From Lobosporangium transversale (Eukaryota), in contig NW_019028991.1 in NCBI RefSeq assembly GCF_002105155.1, positions 682,001-746,000 on the forward strand: DNA of 64,000 bases, given 5' to 3'. The translations under genes and the position numbers were made by a program. The notes under the pieces were generated by a model. It saw nothing but the letters and a program-made list of their open reading frames with translations, did no database searches and had not been told where the DNA came from. Below, one piece after another: positions 53,885 through 64,000 of the stretch. Positions within the stretch are counted from its first letter, which is position 1; each line of letters begins with the position of its first letter.

Positions 53885-55107
53885 TTAAAAAAAAAAAAAA
53901 TACCTTGTGCCATTGGTGAGAGAAAGCTGCAGACAAATACACGGCAAATTCAAACAGGAAAGTAATAAAAACAAAGCCTGTGCTAGTGGAACCGACATCA
54001 TGCACTCTCTGCACGCCTCGGGACATACAGATGGAAAATCCATGGATTCCTGGATATTCCTCAAAGTGGTGCTTGACCCTTTCAAAGATCCGCACGAAGT
54101 AGCTCTTGCTCTTGTCTTCAAGGTTAACACGGTGGCGACGGCGTCCATAGCGGCGATGGCTGCCGCCATCTTTTGCATCGTCATCATAGTAACGAGAGTT
54201 ACGGCGAGCCTTACCCCTATCCCGTTCATTGCTATTAAACCCTCTGCCAACGCTACTATTCACTGCGTCCACGACACCATCGACCGCATGAGAAATAGTG
54301 GAGGTCAAGTCCTTAGATGCTCTCCGAAACTGAGCCTTGCCTGATTGGAACTTGTCGTGCAATGCATGTTCTAGCGAGTATGCCTTTTCTACAGCTGCTT
54401 GGACTTCTGAATGCAAGCTTCCCATAAAGTCTCTCGCCTGATACTCCGGCAATAGGTCTTCTAAACTCTCTGAATCTGAATCATGTCTATAAAATAAATT
54501 GCAGATAAAGAAAAAATATTACCATTTTGTTCTTTTTTTTTTGCAGAAAAAAAGTGCGATATGATGTCAGTGCCTTACTTGGTAGTGGCTATTTTCCTTG
54601 GCGAAGAGCGTCGAGAGTAAGTTTGAGTCCCTTCAGAGGTATCATCACTAAGGTCATTAGCAGATGACAGGCTCGCCAAGCGGTTGCTCTCAGTCGACCG
54701 ACGGCTGTTGGCTTTTGGATTGCCTTCATGGGTTAGTTCATGGAGCGAAGGATCGGACGATCCATGCTTTGTAATATGATCTCTATCATTTATTCCATTT
54801 TATTTATCGCGATATTTTGTTGATTAAAGTGTTAGAGGAATTTTTTTTTTTTTTTTTTTTTTTTTTAATACTCCGGTTGTTTATCTTCCAGTGGTCCGCA
54901 CCTGATCCTATCAGCAATGTCTTCACGCCGTCCATCAGTGGCAAGGCCCAACTTTGTTGCAAGTTCTAATGATAGCATCCGCACCATAATGGATTTCTTG
55001 TTGAATACAATATCCATATCATTTTTATTTCATGAGGCCTTGCTGGATTCATACAAACACGCACCTATTAATTCAGCTTTACGACGTTTCGAGAGTGGGA
55101 TTGCCAT
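53271..55107 (-). CDS. Membrane protein with N-terminal SAP/HeH-like helix-loop-helix (5 exons)
   Basis: Spliced N-terminus MAIPLSKRRKAELI|ELATKLGLATDGRREDIADRIR. S/R/D-rich linker, then 3-4 hydrophobic segments at the C-terminus. Confidence 0.65.
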
Positions 55108-56100
55108 AATGACGAGATGTTTTTTCTTCTTCTTCTTCTTTGCGTGAGCCGTTGAAAAGATAGGGAAGATAATGATGAAAATAAACTGTGTAAAAAAAAC
55201 CCCCCATTTAAGAACAGTTTGTGAGATGGTCACAAAAGTCTGCTTTGCCCAATTTGCGACAAAAAATTTTTTTCTGGAAAGAAAGGGAATAATCTTATGG
55301 GCAACGACTCAGACATGGCTTTAGCTTCATTAAGTATGGCTTGGGCGTGGAATTACTTCGGTCTTTGACACCCATCACTATTTGTCTCCACGCCATTCAG
55401 TCCGAGTTCATTCATTATATGTAAGGCCTTCATTCTCTACATATTATCTGACTAAAGCCACCCTCGAATGACACAATATAAAACATACGAATGATTGGGA
55501 AAACTCTTTGAACTTTCTGAAAGGCTGCCGCTAGCCCCTATCCCCGAATAGCAGCCTGTGTCATGATGCGAGGTGTTCTACCAATTATGTCAGGCAAAAC
55601 GCACGTTTCTAGAGGAACAAAAAAAAAAAAAAGAATTCCTACTCAAAGATTGTACTTGCGGCTATGTACTCATATGGACATGTAAATATGTAACAGAGAT
55701 ATATTTCAAACGCGGTGAAAACTAACAGGCAGTAAAAAGCACCATCAATACATTCGTTCTCGATGAACAAAAGAATAATCAAAAAAAAGTGAGAGAAATA
55801 AATGAGTAATTAAAGATAAGCAGCAAGCAAGCAAATAGGTCTTTTTTTTTTCTATTTCCCTCTTTTACTTACTGCTGCTGTAAGCTTGTCTCCGAGAGAT
55901 CAGACCTTGATAAAACCAATGACGACGCGTTTGGGAATCTCTCACAACATAGAGAGCTAATGAAGAGATACAAAGTATTGTATGTATAAATTTGAGTAAC
56001 TCTCTCTTTAGTGGTCAGACGCTCATGAAATAACGGTTTCATACATGTGTATGTTTGATCGGTAGTGGTGGGATTCTCACGAAAGGTAATTGAGTTTAAA

Positions 56101-56120
56101 GATGACGTAGCTACGTCATC
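56101..56120. promoter_or_regulatory. Perfect 20-bp palindrome with two inverted CRE-like (ATGACGT) sites
   Basis: GATGACGTAGCTACGTCATC is its own reverse complement. Confidence 0.45.
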
Positions 56121-56192
56121 CCGATGCCTTGATATGTTCGACACCCATCTTTTTATATCCCACCATACTCGAAACTGCATAGAAAGATCCTG

Positions 56193-56631
56193 AGGCCTTT
56201 TCAAGACCGAATTGTATTGAGCGAATGCTAATTTCTATTGGTTGGGGAGTTGAGAGCGAATGCTATTTTTTTTTTAGGTTGCCCAATAGAAAAAGATGTA
56301 AACAAAAGAAAATGCAATACGGTATTCGATGGCACAATACGCAAAAGATGAGAATTGTGCCATCGAATGCTAATTTTTTTTGGATCGAATGCTATTTTTT
56401 TTGGATCGAATTCTATTTTTTTTGGATCTCACGCCAACCCTTAAGCCAGACTAGCATTCGATGGCACAATTCTCATCTTTTGCGTATTGTGCCATCGAAT
56501 ACCGTATTGCATTTTCTTTTGTTTACATCTTTTTCTATTGGGCAACCTAAAAAAAAAATAGCATTCGCTCTCAACTCCCCAACCAATAGAAATTAGCATT
56601 CGCTCAATACAATTCGGTCTTGAAAAGGCCT
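56193..56631. mobile_element. Non-autonomous foldback element/MITE, PIF/Harbinger-like
   Basis: Perfect 180-bp inverted arms (56193-56372 and 56452-56631) with AGGCC..GGCCT ends. CTG on both flanks (56190-92, 56632-34). Confidence 0.88.
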
Positions 56632-56840
56632 CTGGAAGTGAAAAAAATATGCTTTGCTTACCATGCATACTCAACTGAACCAAGTTCATGTTATGAACGT
56701 TAATTGAGGGCGTAATCTCTTTCTATGACACAAGGACTTTAGTGCATTTAGAAAGTAGTATAAAAGGGCGTCTCAATTCCTTCATCCAAACTTCACACCA
56801 TCCATCTTATAAACACCTTTCATCCTATAAACAGACATAA

Positions 56841-56886
56841 TCCGTTCAAATCCGTCCAAATCCGTCCAATTCCGTCCAAATCCGTC
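56841..56886 (+). repeat. 10-bp tandem repeat (TCCGTCCAAA)x~4.6 abutting the ATG of I9 copy 1
   Basis: tccgttcaaa tccgtccaaa tccgtccaat tccgtccaaa tccgtc|ATG. Confidence 0.9.
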
Positions 56887-57093
56887 ATGATCAAATACAT
56901 CGTTGCTTTCAGACCAGGGACCTCTGACGATTTTATCGATGAGGCTGCAAAGAAGATAGAGGAGAACGGAGGCCAAATCAAACGAAGATTTGAATCGCTC
57001 CCAGGATTTGAAATTGAAGTACCAGAAGGCTTTGAAATGGAGCCGGTAGCGGACTATCCAGGCGTTCAAAGTATCGAACCAGCTGACGTTTAG
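56887..57093 (+). CDS. Stand-alone peptidase inhibitor I9 (subtilisin-propeptide-like), copy 1
   Basis: 68 aa: KYIVAF..(helix)..GGQIKRRFE.LPGF..EVP...VQSIEP. TATAAAA at 56759 and AATAAA downstream. Confidence 0.82.
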   Translation: MIKYIVAFRPGTSDDFIDEAAKKIEENGGQIKRRFESLPGFEIEVPEGFEMEPVADYPGVQSIEPADV

Positions 57094-57448
57094 GATAACC
57101 TCTCACAGGAACTATCACTATTTGGCAACCAAATTGTACATTTGTTTATATTAAAGAACAATAAATTGTCGTTATAAAAAGGTCATCATTTGCGGTCTTC
57201 TGAGGCAATGACCATTAGTCTAACTTGCTCGTACAATACTTGCAAAAAAAAAAAAAAAAAAAAAAAAAAAGCGCCATTAATTCATTAAAAAGAGTATTTC
57301 CAATTGTAGACAAATTGGAATTGTACCGAGACATGTATCTGCCATCGCTACTGTCAAAACGTCAGAACTGCGCATTGTCGGATACTTTGATCTGGTCAAA
57401 ATGGTTTTTGAAGCCGGCCACTTCTAGCTACTATGATGACATATAAAC

Positions 57449-57567
57449 CAGAGAGTCAAGCTTGTCACTCTTTTTGGTTAGTCCTTTTCAATTATAAGAA
57501 TTTTCTTAAGTAAACCATTTATATTTGAAAGAGTCTAGCCAAAAAGAGCGACAAGCTTGACCCTCTG
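57449..57567. mobile_element. hAT-like MITE (119 bp)
   Basis: Imperfect ~49-bp TIRs starting CAGAG(A/G)GTCAAGCTTGTC. Exact 8-bp TSD ATATAAAC at 57441-48 and 57568-75. Confidence 0.88.
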
Positions 57568-58039
57568 ATATAAACCCTTCAAAATAAACACACAGCACAA
57601 ATGGCCGACGTTGCATATTTCACACAATACACGAAGGTACGCGTCCTAACACCCTGACAAATCAAACCCAAAAACGAGTTTCTTATTGTATGTGTTATTC
57701 ATACTGCTCTATAGGCAGACGTGTAGACACATTTTTAAATAAATACCTCTCGAGCGCGGAATAGCGTGTGGACTTACGCCATGGTCCTTATCTACAAACT
57801 TTAACTGTAAGTTTTTCACTAAACTAGATCAATGGTTTAGCACAAAAGTGCAAATCACTAAATCACTTTATGTATAGTGGTGAACCTGATAAGCCATTAT
57901 TGTTACATCATAATGTCACAAAGACAACTAGTGCTTTCATTGCATACCTTTCATCAACTTCAACATCCAAGCTCCATATCTACCACATTATCTTAAAAAA
58001 CGCCTTTCATCGTAAAAGTGAATATGGTTCCTTCAAACC

Positions 58040-58205
58040 ATGAACAAGTACGTTCTTTATTTTCACCAGGGAAGGACCTCTGGCGATCATTTTGGAAAGT
58101 CATCAAGGATTTCGAGATCAAAGGAGGTAAGGTTGCCTTTTTGAAGGACTGAAAGCTGAGGAACATATTAAGTCTATCGAACTCCCAGATGAAGACAACC
58201 AGTAA
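58040..58205 (+). pseudogene. I9 inhibitor pseudogene (copy 2)
   Basis: MNKYVLYF.., then frameshifted KVIKDFEIKGGKV, an internal deletion, and ..FEGLKAEEHIKSIELPDEDNQ*. The 3' flank resembles those of copies 1 and 3. Confidence 0.75.
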
Positions 58206-58426
58206 TTTTTACAGGGACTATCACCATTTGGGCAATCAGATCGTAGAGATTCCTTTATATTAAAAAGACAACAATAAAATGTCATTTAAAGAAACATCAT
58301 CCTATATAGTCTTCTGGAGTTCATCCTATTTAGAACTTGGCTCTATCAGCTACTTTAATCTATATCCGAGACAAGCCTGACCGTACCATACTTGAAGAAA
58401 AGTGGCATCATCTCATTTAAAAAGTA

Positions 58427-58953
58427 GAGTCCTCGCCAAAAAGTCATAAACAAATATATTTTTAAAATACTCAATTTGAATTAAAGGTCGGAAAGCGAAA
58501 AATTCACGTACGAGATCAGAATTTCATATATTTTTGAATAGATAGAATGAATTAGATGCAGTAGCCACCAAATCAATTTAATTATGGTTTTCAATAAGAA
58601 ATGAGGTTTATCAAGAGGTCTTTAATCAAGAGGAGACTGTTGAGGACCTTAGTGACTTTATCAATGTCGCCAGCGGTAAGTGGGATACAGAGCTCGATAG
58701 AATAGTAAATTAAGAACGGGCAGAGACTGTTATCCTGAGTTCTGACATAGTAGATCTTACGCCAGATACTGGAAGCATGTTTGTGATAGAGGATAGCGAG
58801 TCTGAGGAGGAGCGTCTTATTGACAACCGAAAACGCTATCGCAAAAAATAAAATTTTAGGTTTGTACGGTTTTTTCCGTCTAAAAAAGGAAGTATTCTAT
58901 TCAATTTAAAAACATGAAAAATATATTTGTTTATGACTTTTTGGCGAGGACTC
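58427..58953. mobile_element. Non-autonomous DNA transposon (deletion derivative) with perfect 37-bp TIRs
   Basis: GAGTCCTCGCCAAAAAGTCATAAACAAATATATTTTT at 58427-58463 and inverted at 58917-58953. The interior holds a stop-interrupted acidic coding remnant. Confidence 0.8.
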
Positions 58954-59462
58954 CAAGTGTATTTTAAACTGTAAACAAATGTACAGAGCCATCCATTGTT
59001 TGAGAAATTTGGTAGGATCGAGTCGTATGGAAATGAGTGAAATATGCCAGGATCATAATAAGTAACGAGAACGAAAGAAAGATGTGTTTATTATGATCCG
59101 TTAAATAAAAAGGGTAAAAATCTTAGCTATAGTAAAAACCCATGTAAATGACTGCTAATCGCAACAATGAGGTACTTGGGATGATCTTTGAAGCCGGCCA
59201 TCTCCAGCTACAATGAAGATAGAACTCCAAGGGAACACGCACAAAAGACCGTGACAAGAGTGGAAAAGAAGAAGCACTGTAGCTTGCTTTCCTGTGTGAC
59301 TATCAAGCCCAATAGTAGGATAATGTTTCTAATGCATGCTTTAGTGCATTTAAGAAGCATAAATACCTGTTATCAATCCCATTCTCAGATTTCCACACCA
59401 TTTTTCATAAAAAAAAAAATCTTTCAACAAAATAACAAGCATAATTCGTTCAAAAACCCATA

Positions 59463-59678
59463 ATGAAAACTTACACCATTACTTTCACGTCCGAGGCCTC
59501 TGAATCTGATATCGAAGAGATCGTTAAGGATATTGCGGCCAAGGGAGGCAAAATCATAGAGAAATTTACCTTGATCAGGGCATTCGTAGCTGAAATTCCG
59601 GAGGATCTTTTTCAGGACCTGCGTGGCAATCATATAGTTGAATCTATCCAACTCGATGATGTCGATACTACCCAGTAA
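59463..59678 (+). CDS. Stand-alone peptidase inhibitor I9, copy 3
   Basis: 71 aa: KTYTITF..DIEEIVKDIAAKGGKIIEKFTLIRAFVAEIP..L......VESIQLD. Confidence 0.85.
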   Translation: MKTYTITFTSEASESDIEEIVKDIAAKGGKIIEKFTLIRAFVAEIPEDLFQDLRGNHIVESIQLDDVDTTQ

Positions 59679-59884
59679 CTTGCAATCATATTGTAGAGAT
59701 CCAAGAAATAACAATAAAGTTTCCGATAGAAAATAATATCCTGGGGCACATCCCATGTGCTACTTGATTCTATAAGATACTCTAATTCCTGTCTGGAAGC
59801 AATGAATATGACGCCAACTTGCTCACACAATACTTGGATAAAAAGCATTTCAAATGATAGACAAATTGGTGGCCCCTCCCCTTC

Positions 59885-59920
<36 letters not shown>

Positions 59921-61060
59921 CCACGTATCTGATTTAATGAAAGCTGGGTTTTGCCTCTTCAGATTATGTATCCACCGATAACAGAGGACTCTTATATATA
60001 ATGAAGTCCAGAGCATCAGAGCCTTACCATGCATTCTTCGCAAAGAATGAAATGACTATCTCATTTGGCCCTACTTGAGATTTAACTCAAAGGCATGAGC
60101 AAAACGATCTTGATGGCCGATAATGCGAATACTGAATAGCAGAATCTGAGACGCATACTTGAGTCAGGAGCACCAATTGAAGTGAAACCAATGATCAATG
60201 TATTGAAAGAATGGACGCGTCCAAACTAAATGCCTCAATTATAAAGTTATTTAAGGCGGGAAAATGCTGCTCTCCATAGTATGATGTTACGACCCTCAAG
60301 TGCTGATCTACTTTATAATATTTATTAGACGCCGAGAGCGTTGCTCAGAAAGCTTATTGGGAGGATTGATCACCAAAGCAAATTGGCGATAATTCATGGC
60401 CAGCAGTAAAGGCGCAATCAAAATGACTAAAATTAGAAGAACAGGCGTTCACATTTCATGTTAATCACAAATGCGATATCATGCTTTGCCATGCCTGCTT
60501 AGAATTGAGCCTGTTAATCACGGAAGTAAAAACATAATAACGGAGCCTAGGGCTGGGCAGAAATAGGCATGATAGCCAACTTCATGATGGCACTCAGAAA
60601 GGTTCCGTCTGATAGATATAGTTGTATCGGTACATTCAACATATCATTATCATCCTTCAGCAACACAACATTCAACGCCTCAAAGTATATCTAAATTCAT
60701 TACTTGTGGGCCAAATTAGTTCAAGCAGCTGATCCAGTATGTTCTTTTGTATTTCTAAAATAAATGACTTGATTTTACCCTCTTTGTAGGCCAAACGACT
60801 TCAAGGGGAGTTTTTATTCTCTCATTTGAAAAACTCATTGCTAGCATTGCGGTTTAAGAATTTTGGACGGAAAAGTTTAGAGCTGAAAGAGAACACAAAA
60901 ATCAAAGAGTTCAAGTAACTTCCTACGTGGCAAAGAGCGTCATCAACCCATAATCTTCATCACTGAAATCCGAGTTGATCATCCCAAACTTTAACTCGCT
61001 TTTCGTGTAAAATAATGCTCTTGAACAACTCATAGAGAATCTCTAGTAAAGTTGGATTGT

Positions 61061-61094
<34 letters not shown>

Positions 61095-61095
<1 letters not shown>

Positions 61096-63272
61096 TATCG
61101 TGAACGAGATCTAGACTGACTGCCTTTTCTCGTGCGCAAACGTTTCCGCTGCTCCATGAAGTCCTCCGAGACTTCAATCGAATTGGCCTCTGACAGCTTA
61201 CTGCTGCCACCTCCACCACCTGATCGCCGAGCCTTACCCCCTCCGCCTCCATTGCCACTTGCTCCTGATCGTACAGGCGATCTTGAACCTGCTCTCTTTC
61301 GATTCTGCTGTTGACCTTTAGGGTCTGAGCCCCTACGGCCGTTGTTATTATTGTTGTTGTTAGTGTTACTATTGCCCTTGCTACTATTGCTGTTGTTAGA
61401 GGTGCCATCTCGATTCTTGGATGGTGATCTGCTCCTACTACGTACTCTGTTCCTACTTCGCCTGTTATGACTGGTAGACCGACTACGATTCCTTCCTTTC
61501 TCATTATCTGTATTGTTGACATTATTGCTGTTTTGAGCTCTACTGCGGCTATTGGAACGGCTACGTGCCCTCACGTCATCATGCTGATCTTTGCTACCCT
61601 TCGGTTGACTACTTTGGCTTGAAAGATTGAGATTATGGCTAAGACTTTTAGATCGACTTCGTGCACGGCTGTCATTGATCCTAGTTTTGCTTGCACTTGT
61701 TTCTCTGCCTCTATCGCGATCACTGGAACGACTACGAGCCCTATCTCTGTCGTGTTGACGCCGACTAGTTGATCTCGACCGACTACGTTTTCGGTTTTGT
61801 GTGTCCCCTCCACTTGTTCTAGTTTGACTTTTGCTCCGTGAACGACTCTTAAAACTCTTAATAGGCGTATTATCGTCAAATTTATTCTTGCCTGATGATG
61901 ATGGGCTACCTGAGCGATCGGTATGGCGCCCACGTCCAATATACGTATCACGTTCACGAAATTTCCGACTATTGCTCTGGGAAGGAGAGTGCAGCTTCTC
62001 TGAACCACTAGTCTTTCTGTCCTTATTATCCTTTTCGTCATTAGTGTCCTTGGGCTTGGTAGGGGTAATACCTGTAATGACTACTGACTCAGAAATAACC
62101 CTGTCATCTTTGAATTCTGCGCTGCTTGAATGCTCTTTTTGATTGTCGGGCCGATTCTGCACTCCTTTTATACCCTCCACAGGTGCATCTTCTCCGCCAT
62201 TAGTGGTTACTTTCTCTATCTTGGCTTCTAATGATTCATCATGACTTCTATAATCATTTTCACTATGGGCAAAACCTTTTTCTGCTTCTTTGGATTGTCC
62301 CTTCGACATCAAAGTTGACCTGGACCTTTGTCTTTCCCTTGATTCAGACCTTGATCTTGATCTCGGTCGTTTACTTTCATTTCCATTCCTGTTATCTCTG
62401 ATATCTTTGTTATCCGTAGTCTCTTTTTCAATGACATCATTTTTATCGCCTCTACCATCCTTGTTGTCCCTATTATTATCCCTGTTACTCTTACTATCCC
62501 TTCGTGATCGTTGGTCAGGGCGGTAGTGAGACCCACGTGCCTGTCGTTTCGATGGGGATTGTGCATGGGGATGAGACTGTGAACGCGAACGTGCTGGCGA
62601 TCTCGAGCGCTTTCTGCCGTTATTGTTACCTTGCTGAGATGATGATTGATGACGATCACGATTCCTCACTGGACTTCTAGATCTAGTTCGGCGACGAGAA
62701 CGTGATCTGGATTTTGTTGATACAGACTGTGATCTGGATCGTGGTGATCGAGATCTGGATCCAGCATGGCGCGAGTCACGCCGGGATGAGTATCTATCGC
62801 CATTCCTATCCCTTTCTCTCTCTCTCTCTCTGTCACGGTCCCTGTCTCTATCTCTGCTCCTGTCTCTGTCTCTATCTCTGTCTCTGCTCCTGTCCCTATC
62901 TCTACTTCTGTCTTTGCTTCTATCCCTGCTCCTGTCTCTACCACGGTCTCTACTCCGACCTCGAGCTCTATTACGCTCCCGAATATCTCGTGCACGCTCG
63001 CTACCATCATAATGATCTAGATCATCACGAAGACGATTCCTCTTCCTCTTATTCTTCTTCTTCTTCTTTTTCCGCTCATTAGTGTTACCCTTGTTGTCTC
63101 CTCCTACATTTGTGAGAGCTTCTGTGTCAAGGACGATCTCGTTAATATTATCTAAGTTTGCGTTCGAGTTGAATGTATCAATATTCGATGGCGTGTCTAT
63201 TGCAGGAGAAATGCCTTCTTGTGTTTGCTATAAATATGAAATATATATATCTATTAGAAGGGCCTTTAAAAG

Positions 63273-63303
<31 letters not shown>

Positions 63304-63985
63304 AAAAAAACTGAAGGATTTCTTTTAAAGAGACAGTCGATATACCGGGCGTACATTAAGACGATGTTCCTCCTCCTGCGCTATAGTTGATTCCAAGTAC
63401 TGACGAGCCGAATCGTTCGATGGATCAAGCGACAATGCAGCACGAAAGTCCATGATAGCAGCTCTCCACTTTTTCAAATGTGTTAGCCTTTATATATGCA
63501 TGAGCGAATGATTTCATAAAAAAATTAAATAAAAAGTCAAATCTCTTGGTTTCTTAATCAATGAAAACAGATCAATGCTAAAGAGCAAATACTCAATTGC
63601 TGAAGCGCGCTGTTTCTGTCAGAACACTTACGAGCATCCACGTGCCACATATGCCTCTACATATTTGGCATCAATTTGGATTGCTTGACTGTAAGCTTTA
63701 ATCGCGTCGTCCAATTGTCCCTTTTGCGCGAATTCGATTCCTGCAGCAAAACTACACATCCAACCGATAGTGTAATACCAAGGAAAATAATAAGAAAAAG
63801 GCACGTCAATCGTTTGCATAAAATAACAAAAAAAAAAAAAGACTTCAGCATTAGAAGCATTAATAGGATAGTGAATGTACCTGTCCATTGCCCAGTTTCT
63901 GTTTTGATCATCACGCAAATCCAGATATGTTTCTTTTCGATGCAACGGTACATTTGATCTTGAGTCTCTCTCATTCGAGCCGGGT
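61095..63985 (-). CDS. TTC14-like TPR protein with long RS/RD-rich tail (5' part outside the window)
   Basis: LR..Q...WAMD..GIEFAQKGQLDDAIKAYSQAIQIDAKYVEAYVARG..AIMDFRAALSLDPSNDSARQYL, followed by a ~700-aa RS-rich exon. Confidence 0.8.
62780..62965 (-). repeat. Coding 6/18-bp tandem repeats (RDRDRS)
   Basis: AGAGACAGAGACAGGAGC-type units on the minus strand. Confidence 0.8.
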
Positions 63986-64000
63986 CTATTTTTTTTTTTT

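Noticed and set aside
56364..56428. Short direct repeats superficially CRISPR-like
   Set aside because: No unique spacers, eukaryotic context, and internal to the transposon.
56225..56689. Two opposite-strand ORFs with near-identical translations
   Set aside because: Artefact of the 180-bp inverted arms of the foldback element.
61043..63082. Many overlapping ORFs in alternative frames and strands
   Set aside because: Stop-poor shadows of the RS/RD-repeat exon.

Overview
Intron-rich fungal genomic DNA. Expanded F-box/LRR and kelch-type membrane-protein families and very frequent long poly(A)/poly(T) tracts suggest Mortierellomycota (inference, not checked). I can support about 20 protein genes: three secreted kelch/beta-propeller single-pass membrane proteins, three intronless F-box/LRR genes, an HTH protein resembling the N-terminus of an IS630/Tc1 transposase, PIH1, TMEM62-like, DUF2045/KIAA0930-like, a head-to-head S41 and S8 secreted protease pair, a divergent TCTP-like gene, MLH3, TFB2, an ABCC/MRP transporter, a SAP-like membrane protein and a partial TTC14-like gene. 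There are also 2-3 degraded genes. The most structured accessory region is 56.1-59.7 kb. It holds a tandem triplication of a small stand-alone I9 (subtilisin-propeptide-like) inhibitor gene, with two intact copies and one broken copy. Each copy has a different non-autonomous DNA transposon upstream: a Harbinger-like foldback element (perfect 180-bp arms, CTG TSD), a hAT-like MITE (8-bp TSD) and a 37-bp-TIR element. No rRNA, tRNA or CRISPR was seen. Exon boundaries were inferred by eye and family calls come from motif recognition, not database searches.
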